Virus record (IMG/VR): IMGVR_UViG_3300011115_000308
Span: 1-56,450 of that record
DNA length: 56,450 nucleotides
Source: a virus
Lineage: Duplodnaviria > Caudoviricetes
Strand: one strand, 5' to 3'
The position numbers and the translations under genes were made by a program. Positions 1 through 9,528 of the stretch are shown piece after piece; within the stretch, counting starts at the first letter, position 1, and each line of letters begins with the position of its first letter. The notes beneath the pieces were generated by a model that worked only from the letters and a program-made list of their open reading frames with translations, was not told where the DNA came from and made no database searches.

Positions 1-576
1 GCCAGTGGTCCCGCCGCCAAATACTCCCCGCGTACCGTTAGAAACACCAGCCAAATCATACCGAGCAGTAGAGAGGCTGCCAAAACTGGTTGCATTTCCT
101 GCTGTGGTGATTGTGATATAGTCTATGGCGGTAGAAGCAGCACTGGTAAAACCTCCCCCAAATAAACTTCTTGTGGACAAAACGTCTGTCACCCCAAACT
201 GGTAAACATCAACACCGTCAGAGTATATTGCTGTTCCGTAATTTTGCAGAACGTATACAGTCAAGTTACCTGCAGTGACAGTGGATATGTTGAGGGTGTA
301 AGAACCGACTGTGTTGTTTACAATGATCCAACGCCCGCTTACGCCATCTGGTATTTGATAAATCAAATCAGCGGAGAGAGTTCCAGTAAACGTAATGCCT
401 AAGTTTTGGTATTGCGCGCTGGTAAGCGTCTGCGAGGTGGTAACGCTAGTAACGCTAATGCTTGTGTTTCCACCAAAAGCGTTATCAATAATCGTGAAGT
501 TAGAGTTAAGAGTGTTCCCCCAACTTGCTGTGCCCTGAACTGGTTCGCTAAGTGCTTTATTGGTGGTATCAACCAT
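1..576 (-). CDS. Putative receptor-binding/tail appendage protein with Kelch-like repeats, paralog 3 (3'-partial, not in ORF track)
   Basis: Hand translation from ATG 576 gives MVDTTNKALSEPVQGTASWGNTLNSNFTIIDNAFGG...RGVFGGGTTG, open to base 1. AGGAG upstream. Clearly homologous to 604-1869 and 1898-3142. Confidence 0.85.
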   Translation of the reverse strand, partial: MVDTTNKALSEPVQGTASWGNTLNSNFTIIDNAFGGNTSISVTSVTTSQTLTSAQYQNLGITFTGTLSADLIYQIPDGVSGRWIIVNNTVGSYTLNISTVTAGNLTVYVLQNYGTAIYSDGVDVYQFGVTDVLSTRSLFGGGFTSAASTAIDYITITTAGNATSFGSLSTARYDLAGVSNGTRGVFGGGTTG

Positions 577-603
577 CACATACTCCTGTGGCAACTGTTT
601 TGA

Positions 604-1869
604 TCATTGCGGCGCATAACTGGAGGCACCCGCCAAGGACTGTCGGGCGACAGTTAAGTCGCCAAAGGCAACTGCGTTTGATGTGGTTGATAGGGAGATA
701 TAGTCCATAATAACAGACACAGCGGTGGTAAACCCGCCCCCAAAAACACCCACAGTACCACTAGAAACCCCCGCTAAATTATAACGAGCAATCGTCAAGT
801 TGCCAAAGTTAGTCGCATTACTAGTTGTTGCAATGATAATGTAGTCCATGACGGCGGAGGCGGCTCCCGTTGTTCCGCCCCCAAAGACCCCAACTGTATC
901 GCTTGAAACCCCTGCCAAGCCGGATCGAGCGACCGTCAAGTTTCCAAAATTAGTAGAGTTGTTGGCAGTTGCAATGGTAATGTAGCTCATAGAACTAGAC
1001 AAAGACCCAGTGGTGCCCCCCCCAAAAACACCTCGTGTGCTATTAGAAACGCCAGCCAACAAGGAACGAGCAGTTGCCAAGGTTCCAAAATTAGTAGCGT
1101 TTCCAACTGTAGCAATTGTAACATAGTCCATAACTGCGGAAACAGTGCCAGTTGTGCCCCCCCCAAATACTCCCCTCGTACCGTTAGAAACGGCAGCCAA
1201 AGAATTTCTTGCAACCGTTAGGCTTCCGATGCGGGTTGAATCATTCAGCGTTGCAAACGTTATGTATTGCATGTCATTAGTATATGTGTCTCCAGCAGTA
1301 TTTCCCCCACCAAAAATGTTCCGCGTACCATTTGAAGCGCCCGAAAAAAGTTGAGTAGTGGTTTCTAAGCTTCCAAAAGTAACGGCATTTCCAGTTGTTG
1401 AAAGATTGATGTAGTCCATAACTTTTGATTTTACGCTAGTCAGCCCACCAGCAAATATTCCTATTGGATAAATATTGTTAGAAATACCGTATTGGTAAAC
1501 GTTTGTGCCATCGGAATATACCGTATAACCAGTGTTATATGGGACAATAACTGAAATGCTGCCTGATGCTGATGTTTTTATTGTAAGCGAATAAGCTCCA
1601 GTGGCTGTGTTAAAGATAAACCATTGGCCGCCAACGCCAGATGGGATTTGATATGTCAAATTTGCGGATAAAACACCTGAAAACACAATGATGAGGTTTT
1701 GATATTGGGCGCTTGTAAACGTTTGCGTGGTTGCAACTGACGTTACATTAATGGTTGTTTTTCCGCCAAACGCGTTATCTATGATATCAAAATTAGAATT
1801 AACTGGGACATCCCATAGCGTAGATGAGCTAGCTGGTTGTGCTAAATCTTTGTTAGTTGTATTAACCAT
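604..1869 (-). CDS. Putative receptor-binding/tail appendage protein with about six Kelch-like (beta-propeller) repeats, paralog 2
   Basis: About 125-aa N-terminal domain shared with neighbours, then repeats of about 46 aa: FGNLTVARxxLAGVSxxTRGVFGGGxTxxxSxxMDYITIATxxNAT. Confidence 0.75.
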   Translation of the reverse strand: MVNTTNKDLAQPASSSTLWDVPVNSNFDIIDNAFGGKTTINVTSVATTQTFTSAQYQNLIIVFSGVLSANLTYQIPSGVGGQWFIFNTATGAYSLTIKTSASGSISVIVPYNTGYTVYSDGTNVYQYGISNNIYPIGIFAGGLTSVKSKVMDYINLSTTGNAVTFGSLETTTQLFSGASNGTRNIFGGGNTAGDTYTNDMQYITFATLNDSTRIGSLTVARNSLAAVSNGTRGVFGGGTTGTVSAVMDYVTIATVGNATNFGTLATARSLLAGVSNSTRGVFGGGTTGSLSSSMSYITIATANNSTNFGNLTVARSGLAGVSSDTVGVFGGGTTGAASAVMDYIIIATTSNATNFGNLTIARYNLAGVSSGTVGVFGGGFTTAVSVIMDYISLSTTSNAVAFGDLTVARQSLAGASSYAPQ

Positions 1870-1897
1870 CAGATGCTCCTACCATTTTTTGTTTTGA

Positions 1898-3142
1898 TCA
1901 CGAAGGTGAGAAAGATGAAAGGCCAGCCATGTATTGCAAGGAAAAAGTTTCAACTTGATTTCCAAAATCTGTAGCATCACCTATGCTTTCTATTGTAATA
2001 TATTCAAATCCATTAAGACCTCCAAACACACCCCTAGTGCTGCTTGAAGCCCCCGCCCTCGATCCAGAAGTTAATAAATTTCCAAAAGTTGTTGCGCTTC
2101 CTGTGGTTGCAATAGTTATATAGTCCATGACAAGGCCAGAAGAAGAACCCCCTCCAAAAACACCCCGTGTACCATTGGAAACTCCTCCAACGCCGGAACG
2201 GCCAAGAGTTAAGTTTCCAAAAGTGGTAGCGTTGCCAGTGGTTGCAATAGTGATGTAGTCCATACGAGTGGAAAGATTACCGCCTCCAAAGACACCTCGT
2301 GTACTGCTAGAAACGCCAGCCACTCCATCTCGACTTGTCGTCAAGCTACCAAAACTTGCCGCATTTCCAGTTGTAGCAATAGTTATGTAGTCCATAACAG
2401 ACGATCTTGCTGTGGTATACCCCCCCCCAAAGACACCTCTTGTGCTACTAGATAAGCCCCCTAACTCTTTGCGGGCGACAGTTAAGTTTCCAAACGTAGT
2501 AGCGTTTCCAGTTGTTGTAAAAGTAATATAATCCATGACCGCAGAGACAGAACCAGTAGTGCCACCCCCAAAAACACCTCTTGTGCTACTTGAAACACCC
2601 GCTGCGTATCCCCTTGCGACAGTTAAGTTTCCAAAAGTGGACGCAAACGTTACCGTTGTCGAAATGATGATATACTGTATGAGGGTGGAATATGTTGCGG
2701 AATAACCGCCCCCGAATACGCCAAGACTTGAACTTAATGGCGTTGACCCTTGGGTGGTGCTAAACTTGTAAACGTTGGAGCCAGTTGAGCATACAGACAC
2801 AGCATACTGACTGGGGACATTGACTGCCGTACTACCACTGGTCGCGTTCTTAATGGTAATGGTAAATGCGCCGGAGGTAATGTTCCCGATCAACCACTGC
2901 CCGCCAACACCGCTTGGTATCTGGTAGATCAGGTTGGCCGAAAGGGTGCCCGTGAACAAAATGGCAAAGTTTTGGTAGTCAATAATAAGCAGCGTCTGCG
3001 TGGTGGTGATGCCCGTAACGTCGATTTCTAGGGAACTTCCAAAGGCTGTGTCGATGACAGAAAAGTTCGCATTCAGAGGGATGTCCCAACTGATCGTGCC
3101 TGCGGCAGGTTCGAACAAGCCCTTGTTCGTGGTGGTGACCAT
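1898..3142 (-). CDS. Putative receptor-binding/tail appendage protein with about six Kelch-like repeats, paralog 1
   Basis: Same architecture as 604-1869. TGATG overlap with the upstream gene. Confidence 0.75.
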   Translation of the reverse strand: MVTTTNKGLFEPAAGTISWDIPLNANFSVIDTAFGSSLEIDVTGITTTQTLLIIDYQNFAILFTGTLSANLIYQIPSGVGGQWLIGNITSGAFTITIKNATSGSTAVNVPSQYAVSVCSTGSNVYKFSTTQGSTPLSSSLGVFGGGYSATYSTLIQYIIISTTVTFASTFGNLTVARGYAAGVSSSTRGVFGGGTTGSVSAVMDYITFTTTGNATTFGNLTVARKELGGLSSSTRGVFGGGYTTARSSVMDYITIATTGNAASFGSLTTSRDGVAGVSSSTRGVFGGGNLSTRMDYITIATTGNATTFGNLTLGRSGVGGVSNGTRGVFGGGSSSGLVMDYITIATTGSATTFGNLLTSGSRAGASSSTRGVFGGLNGFEYITIESIGDATDFGNQVETFSLQYMAGLSSFSPS

Positions 3143-5193
3143 CAGATGCTCCTGTTAGCGACTTCCAGAGCGTGTGCGACAGCCTCGTCACTTTGCTTCA
3201 GCAGAGGCTCAGTTTCGGCGCTCCACCCCTTCTTAGCACGTTCTGCGGCCCGCACCAACTGGTCTGCATCCGCATCGTGCGGAGACACGCGGCCACCGGA
3301 CTTGCGGCCTTCACGTTGATCAGCAGTGGCAGCATACAGGGGCGCGGGGATCGGGTTGGTCATACGGGTTTCTGCAAGTTGCTTTGCCAGTTTCTGCCCC
3401 ATATCAGAAGCTAGGAAAGCCGCCCCTGCTTGGTTTGTTTTATTTTTAGCAAACCTTAAAACATTCGAACCAACCAGTGCGGCGGCGGCCAGTGCGGCGC
3501 TAGTTGAATTTAAACCTATTGGCGTACCTGTAAAAAAAGGATAAGAAAGCGCAGGAATTGCGCTTTGAACAATGTCAGACAATCCCAATCCTTGGTTGGC
3601 CCTCTCTGTTCGAACTACTTGATTTGGCGCGCCTAAATTTGCTTGACTGTCGTTAATTTTTCGCGCTGTGGCATTAAGTGTTTCTGTTGGGTCAAGGCCA
3701 AAAGGATCGGAAATTTTTTCCATTGTACGTGGGTCTATAATTCCATTGCTCCGCATTGCCCCCTCTGGTGAAGCTTCTGCGGCGGCCTTGGTTGCAAGGA
3801 AGTTTCTGTAATATCTGTTCAGTTCTTTAAACCCAGTTATTTTGCTGGCCTGACCAGTATTTTCCAAGCTTGTATAAAGGGCATCGTCCAAGACTTTTAC
3901 AAAATCCTGCGCGCTTTGTGCAGTTAATTTGCTTGTAGAGGTTCTTGATATTACGCCCATTTGCGTTCTCCAGTTGCGAAGGTCTTCAGCGGAAATTGTT
4001 TTTCCTGACGTTACCAAGCTTTCAAACTTGTTAGTTAGATCAGCAAACCCGCTCGGTATTATGTTTGATGAAACATCATTGTTGCGGCCCCAAGCTGAAA
4101 TAATTTCATCCATGTCATCAACATGTCTCGCCATGGGGGATACATCAACACCTTGGGAAAGTTTGTTGTATGCTTCCCCAAGTTTTTCACCATGTAGAGA
4201 TAGTGTGCCTCGTTGCGTAACTTTGTTTGTTGCGGGGTCTCTGATGTCTAACGTAAACCTGTTCAGACTAGGATCGCCTATGTCTGCCCCAATTGTTGCA
4301 TTGTAATCATCAGCAATTTTTTTAGGACTAAACTTCCCCATTCCAAGGTCCGTAGACCCTTCAATTGCACGAAGCTTTGGTAGATCATTGCTTGCGCTCA
4401 CGGGAATAGTGATGCCGCGCCCCTTCAAGTAAGCAAGCGAATCCGCACTCAAATTTGCCCCTGTGCTTGCAGATTTTCCTATTGCAGACCGAACAACGGC
4501 TTCAGGCATGGCGGCTAAAACACCAGCCCCCAAGCCGCCAAAAAAACGCGCCTTGTCTTCAAGTTCAGGGTAGTAACGATGGGCAATGTCTCCAGCGGTT
4601 TCACTCCCAACGGCTGGTGCAACCACATTTCGCAAGGCGCGCGATCCAATTTTTGCCGCAAGGCTTTTAGCTGGCCCCGCTGGAAACAACATGCCTGGGG
4701 CCATTTCGCCCGCAGTTTGTAAATAGTCTCCCAATTGCCCCTTTGGTTGGTAACCAAGAGTTTCAGGAAAATTGCGTTGCGCCGCGTCCATCACTGGCGT
4801 GTCGTAGCTTGGCATTAATGAACTCCAGTCTATCTTCCCTGTAGCTGGATCGCGGAATGGCTTATCAAAACGCATGGGCGGTGGGGTGTTGCCATTAGGC
4901 CCAGCGGCAACGTCGCTGATAGCCTTCAAAAGGTCAGCCGTTCCCGCAGCGCCAGCAAGCAATCCCTTCTGGCCGCTTTTGCCAAGGTCAGTCCAAGACT
5001 CGAACATTGGGCGTTGGTCACCAGCCAACTGCTGTTCTTTGTGGGTCGCTGCATCCTGATATTGCCGCCGTGTAGCATCTACAAACGCTTGGTTTGCTGG
5101 CGATCCCCCCGCAGGTGCAGGAGGGGGCTGGGACGGCCTGCCAGCGGTTTCCTTTAAGGAATCGTACAAAGCCCGTGTTTCTGCTTCAGTCAT
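3142..5193 (-). CDS. Putative internal virion/DNA ejection protein
   Basis: Start revised to ATG 5193, just past the upstream stop. Ala/Gly-rich helical protein with hydrophobic segments, following the large ejection gene. Ends RKSGGRV...VAHALEVA. Confidence 0.6.
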   Translation of the reverse strand: MTEAETRALYDSLKETAGRPSQPPPAPAGGSPANQAFVDATRRQYQDAATHKEQQLAGDQRPMFESWTDLGKSGQKGLLAGAAGTADLLKAISDVAAGPNGNTPPPMRFDKPFRDPATGKIDWSSLMPSYDTPVMDAAQRNFPETLGYQPKGQLGDYLQTAGEMAPGMLFPAGPAKSLAAKIGSRALRNVVAPAVGSETAGDIAHRYYPELEDKARFFGGLGAGVLAAMPEAVVRSAIGKSASTGANLSADSLAYLKGRGITIPVSASNDLPKLRAIEGSTDLGMGKFSPKKIADDYNATIGADIGDPSLNRFTLDIRDPATNKVTQRGTLSLHGEKLGEAYNKLSQGVDVSPMARHVDDMDEIISAWGRNNDVSSNIIPSGFADLTNKFESLVTSGKTISAEDLRNWRTQMGVISRTSTSKLTAQSAQDFVKVLDDALYTSLENTGQASKITGFKELNRYYRNFLATKAAAEASPEGAMRSNGIIDPRTMEKISDPFGLDPTETLNATARKINDSQANLGAPNQVVRTERANQGLGLSDIVQSAIPALSYPFFTGTPIGLNSTSAALAAAALVGSNVLRFAKNKTNQAGAAFLASDMGQKLAKQLAETRMTNPIPAPLYAATADQREGRKSGGRVSPHDADADQLVRAAERAKKGWSAETEPLLKQSDEAVAHALEVANRSI

Positions 5194-5194
5194 T

Positions 5195-8100
5195 TCAAAT
5201 ACCCCTTGCAAGACGAGCGGCGGCTTCCGCTCGGTCTCGTTCGTAAAACTTCCAGAACAGTTGCCGTTGTTCATTTGTTACACTTGGGGCATCGTATTGC
5301 GTAATGGTTACTGTTGGCGGCGGGTCACCCATAAAGTGCGGAACTTCGGCGTTAGCTTTTGACAAAAGTTCCTGATAACGCTGATTGCGGTTACTAGAGA
5401 ACTCATCCTGGTATGCCTTAATGTCGGTTTCTTGGTTTGGGTGGTCTTTAGCCCACTCATCAAACCCATTGTAGTATTCCATTAGGTATGCGTTATTTGC
5501 CTTCATCTTAACCATTATATCTCGCATAGCGGCTGGAGGCATATCGGGGGATGGCGTGAAAGAACCCGCAAACTCAATAGATGTTGCAGGCGCTCCACCT
5601 GGTAGAGCTTCTAGATTACTCTTTTGTAGCAAGGCGCTTTCTTTATCAGCAGAAACATAAGCATCTGGGTTTGACATAAACGTTGGCAAGTTGTTTGTAT
5701 CTATTCCTAGTGCTTGCGCCCATGCCCCCATGATAGCGCCGGACCTAGCTTCTGGGCCTGGCTTCATTCCCAGCATAACTTGAGACATATTATCAAGCGT
5801 GTTGTTCATGGAATTTGTAGCCGCTTGAGAATTGATAGAATCGTTTTTAAATTTCTCACGTTGACCTTGCATCATTTCTGTAGATGCAACTTGGTTTTGC
5901 GCGTTGATAGCTGCTGGAACCTCAACCTTGTTTCCGTTTACATCAGTTGTTGAGCCACTTTCCATGATTTGATCACGAGCCTTAATTGCTTGCTGAACAA
6001 CTTGAGACATTGGGTTTTCTGGATCAGATTGAGCGCCAACATTTTTGTTGATCAAATCGTTAAGAGACTGCAAGTCCTGCATAAACGGTATCTGATAATC
6101 CACGCCTTTTATGTTGCGCGTTACAACACTTCTCGTGTCGGCCACGGTGATAGGCTTAATCGGCGGCTGACCCATCAGGGTTGGCACTCCACGCAGTGCA
6201 GTCAGGTCAATGCCTTGCTGTGCGGCATACTCCGGCCACGACATGTCTGTCATGCCATTGTAGACTGCATACGAGTAGTTTTTCATCGCGTTCTGGGCGT
6301 TTGCAAGGTTCGTAGCCTCAACATCCGCAGTCTGCTTCAGAAGACCCTTATAGGTGTCACTGCCAACGGCGGCACCTTGCAGAAGTGCTGTTAGGGGTGA
6401 CATGCTATCGGAAGAAACCATTCCACCTATGCCTGACAGCAAGGACATAATGGCATTCCGGTCAAGTTTCCCAGTGTCTTTCTCATGGAAGAACTTCCCG
6501 ATTAAGTTGCGATCTTCGTATGGCTTATTGATATGCAGCGGATCGTTACCTTGCTGTGACATGTCTGCGCGGGCCAAGCCGTCACTGGGTGGCATACGCG
6601 CGTCACCAAGACCACCAGTTTTACCCTCAGACGCAGCCCAAGGCTGCATTCCCCGCGTATCATACAAGTGCTTGGCAATGCTTTCTTGAAGATCAGCCGT
6701 CATTTTCTCATCGCCAGTAAGACCCATTGCATTCTTGGCATCTGCTAAAGTTCCGCCAACTATTTGATATAATCCCATGGGGGTAGCAACTCGACCGTCT
6801 TCTGTTTGGGTTTTGCTGTAGTTTGCATATGGGCCGCCTACACGAGCAAATTCAATTGCCTGATCAACCGTCATGTCAGTAATATTTGTGCCCGCAAAAG
6901 CACCGCCTTCACGATTGGCAAAGCCCAAAAGCGCATTCGGATCATTTCCGCTTTCGCGGGGAATAATCTTGGCCTTCGCCGCATCCCAGTCTGTAGGGAT
7001 ATGAACAGGCTTAACGCCACCTAATCCATCAGATGGCGCTGGTTCAACTTGGATAGTCCGCATCGTATCGGCAGCAACATCAGCGGCACCTAATCCTTCA
7101 GGACGGGGCGGTGGCGGGCGCATTGATGTGGTCGGCTCAGCAACATCAGCAGCACCCAATCCTTCAGGGCGGGGCGGAGGTGGGCGCATTGATGTGATCG
7201 GCGCGGCATCCGAAGTGGGGGCAACGCCTGTCGTGGGAGACGGGGGGTAGGGGTGAGCTTGATATGGCACACCAAAACTCTTTCCCGCGCCGAAACCCAT
7301 ATTGGCGGGATTTGTAGAATGCTGCATAAGACGATCTGTTAAAATGTCTTGATACCCTGAATTAGGGAAGCCTCGCTCTTTAAGGCCTTTGCGTAACTCA
7401 ATGGTATTTCTGTTTTCCCCTTGGTATTTTTGATTGGCAATAAAGGCAGGTGATTGTTCATAACCTTCAACTAACAGATGTTTAGGACCATATGGCGCTT
7501 GGTGGCCAGCAAGACCCATGTTGGCGGGGTTAGTTCGAGAACTCATCAGATAATCTTTGTTAAGATCGTCAATGATCTCCGTTCCAGCCGCAAACTGCTT
7601 CCGAAGCTCTTGCTCACGGCGGAGTTCTTCTGTTGTCAGCGCAGGGTAAGAAACCCCACCATCCAGCGCATACCCATGGCGATCATCAACAGCACCACCG
7701 CCTGCCTTGCCACCAAACATGGCTGCAATCTTGAGGGCGTCAGAAATAAAGTTGCCGCCCTTCTTTTGCGCTTGCTCGGCTTCTTCACCCGTCAGAAGAG
7801 GGCTGGCCGAGAAAATCCGCTCTGGGATGTAACTTTCCTCATACAGGGGCAATTGGCTCATGGTCATGGGGCCAGCAATGCCACCGCCCTTTGCATACCC
7901 ATTGACCCGCCCGCCCGTCTTGACCGGATTTCCAAAGATGTTGGTCGGGCGCGTTGTAGCGGTCGTGGAGCCGTAAAGCGGGCCAATCGTTGCATATTGG
8001 TTGGCCAAGAACTGAGCCGTCTGGAAGTCATAACCTTGCTCTTGCATGAACCGATTGATCATGGCGTCAACGCCAGCCTGTTGGTTTTGCTGTTGCACAG

Positions 8101-9523
8101 CGCCAGCGTTCATCTGAGCGCCAGCAGCCTCAAGATCAAGCCTCTGCTGTTCCGTGCCAAACCCTGCAAGTTGCTTACCAGCGCCCATCACATTGGTGCC
8201 GATGTTGCTCATGGTGTTGCCAAGGTTGCCCTGCTGTTCACCGATGTTGGCCTGTGCAGTTCCCATCTGGCCAATTTGTGTACCAAGCGTTCCTTTTGCC
8301 GATCCAACGGCAGTTTGTTGAGCGCCCAAGTTCCCCATGACCGTGCCAAGGCCACCTTGCTGTTCGCCAAGGGTTCCAAGTTGAGCGCCCATGTTCCCAA
8401 TTGCCGTGCCGATCTGGGCACGTTGGGTGCCAAGTGTGCCCTGTTGAGCGCCAAGGTTACCCATGGCCGTGCCAAGTTCACCTTGCTGTGCGCCAAGGGT
8501 TCCCATGGTTGCACCAAGCTGACCACGAGTAGCACCAAGCTGCCCAAACTGAGCGCCTGCATCTAACATACGTTGAAGGTTTGCCTGACGTGCTGCGAGA
8601 TCAGCAGTCTGCTGTCCTTGCGCCGTGGTGGTTGCAAACTGGTATCCTTGGTTGCCGATGTTGGCCATGCTGTTGGCCATCGCCAACTGGTTCTGTTGAT
8701 TTAGGTTGGCCGCAGCGATGCCCGCGCGATCCCCCCCAAATGCTCCAGAAGAAATTGCTGTACCGAGCGCCTGAGACTGCGCTTGATTGTTTGCTTGGTT
8801 CATCAATGCGGCAGTGCTGTCGCGTACTTCCGACAAGTACGGAGACAGGTATTTTTGAATGTCCAGAGAGCCGAGGTTGGCCGGACCCATGCCCGCTTGA
8901 GTTGCCTCGGTCCCTTGGCTAACCGACTCCATGCCCTGATTGGCGGCATTCATGCCCTGACCAACGTAAGCAGTTCCCTGACCAACTGTGCCCATACCTT
9001 GGTTGATATAGTCTGAGCCAGTGTTGATATTGGACAGGCCGCTTCCCGCCACCCCCATCCCTTGATTGACGGCACCAGCCCCTTGACCAATATACTGGGT
9101 GCCCTGACCAACTGTGCCCATACCTTGGTTGATATAGTCTGAGCCAGCGTTCATGTTGGATAGGCCGCTGCCCGCAACGCCAAGGCCTTGACCGATGGTG
9201 TTCATGCCAGCGCCCATGGAGTTGAGGCCGCCAGCAGCGACCCCCATGCCAGTGTTCATATACCCCAAGCCAGCGTTGGTGGCGTTTACGCCCGCCTGCA
9301 TGTAAGGCTTGTACCCGCCAATCGTAGCGTTGACGCCAGCCATGCCCGCCCTTTGCTGCTCCGTTAAAGGGGCAACGTAGTCTGAAGCTTGTGTTCCATA
9401 AGATACAAACGGCTTTGCCGCAGCCTTTTTTGTGGCGTCGGCAGTTGCATTATAGAAGTCTTGAACCTGCTGTGGGGCCTGAGTCGTTACCGTTGTGGTT
9501 TTTTTCTTCTTCTTGAAGCACAT
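5195..9523 (-). CDS. Large DNA ejection/pilot protein with glycine-heptad arms and an internal lysozyme-like domain
   Basis: 1442 aa. VAPLTEQQ, YLSPY and SGAFGGDR segments resemble podophage pilot proteins. Gly every 7 residues in two blocks. RESGND...GLYQIV...GMQPW muramidase-like motifs at about 6631-6991. Confidence 0.75.
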   Translation of the reverse strand: MCFKKKKKTTTVTTQAPQQVQDFYNATADATKKAAAKPFVSYGTQASDYVAPLTEQQRAGMAGVNATIGGYKPYMQAGVNATNAGLGYMNTGMGVAAGGLNSMGAGMNTIGQGLGVAGSGLSNMNAGSDYINQGMGTVGQGTQYIGQGAGAVNQGMGVAGSGLSNINTGSDYINQGMGTVGQGTAYVGQGMNAANQGMESVSQGTEATQAGMGPANLGSLDIQKYLSPYLSEVRDSTAALMNQANNQAQSQALGTAISSGAFGGDRAGIAAANLNQQNQLAMANSMANIGNQGYQFATTTAQGQQTADLAARQANLQRMLDAGAQFGQLGATRGQLGATMGTLGAQQGELGTAMGNLGAQQGTLGTQRAQIGTAIGNMGAQLGTLGEQQGGLGTVMGNLGAQQTAVGSAKGTLGTQIGQMGTAQANIGEQQGNLGNTMSNIGTNVMGAGKQLAGFGTEQQRLDLEAAGAQMNAGAVQQQNQQAGVDAMINRFMQEQGYDFQTAQFLANQYATIGPLYGSTTATTRPTNIFGNPVKTGGRVNGYAKGGGIAGPMTMSQLPLYEESYIPERIFSASPLLTGEEAEQAQKKGGNFISDALKIAAMFGGKAGGGAVDDRHGYALDGGVSYPALTTEELRREQELRKQFAAGTEIIDDLNKDYLMSSRTNPANMGLAGHQAPYGPKHLLVEGYEQSPAFIANQKYQGENRNTIELRKGLKERGFPNSGYQDILTDRLMQHSTNPANMGFGAGKSFGVPYQAHPYPPSPTTGVAPTSDAAPITSMRPPPPRPEGLGAADVAEPTTSMRPPPPRPEGLGAADVAADTMRTIQVEPAPSDGLGGVKPVHIPTDWDAAKAKIIPRESGNDPNALLGFANREGGAFAGTNITDMTVDQAIEFARVGGPYANYSKTQTEDGRVATPMGLYQIVGGTLADAKNAMGLTGDEKMTADLQESIAKHLYDTRGMQPWAASEGKTGGLGDARMPPSDGLARADMSQQGNDPLHINKPYEDRNLIGKFFHEKDTGKLDRNAIMSLLSGIGGMVSSDSMSPLTALLQGAAVGSDTYKGLLKQTADVEATNLANAQNAMKNYSYAVYNGMTDMSWPEYAAQQGIDLTALRGVPTLMGQPPIKPITVADTRSVVTRNIKGVDYQIPFMQDLQSLNDLINKNVGAQSDPENPMSQVVQQAIKARDQIMESGSTTDVNGNKVEVPAAINAQNQVASTEMMQGQREKFKNDSINSQAATNSMNNTLDNMSQVMLGMKPGPEARSGAIMGAWAQALGIDTNNLPTFMSNPDAYVSADKESALLQKSNLEALPGGAPATSIEFAGSFTPSPDMPPAAMRDIMVKMKANNAYLMEYYNGFDEWAKDHPNQETDIKAYQDEFSSNRNQRYQELLSKANAEVPHFMGDPPPTVTITQYDAPSVTNEQRQLFWKFYERDRAEAAARLARGI
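7072..7196. repeat. Two-copy 66-bp tandem repeat encoding TSMRPPPPRPEGLGAADVA
   Basis: cagcaacatcagc at 7072 and 7138. Duplicated peptide in the translation. Confidence 0.9.
8976..9147. repeat. 46-bp identical direct repeat at 126-bp spacing inside the ejection gene
   Basis: ccctgaccaactgtgcccataccttggttgatatagtctgagccag at 8976-9021 and 9102-9147. Confidence 0.9.
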
Positions 9524-9528
9524 GAAGC

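Noticed and set aside
406-603. 65-aa plus-strand ORF
   Set aside because: Antisense shadow of the paralog at 1-576.
1-3142. Diversity-generating retroelement acting on the repeat genes
   Set aside because: No reverse transcriptase seen. Repeat copies differ at all bases, mostly third codon positions, not specifically at adenines.
7478-8566. 362-aa plus-strand ORF
   Set aside because: Antisense to the ejection gene. Its periodicity mirrors the heptad repeats.
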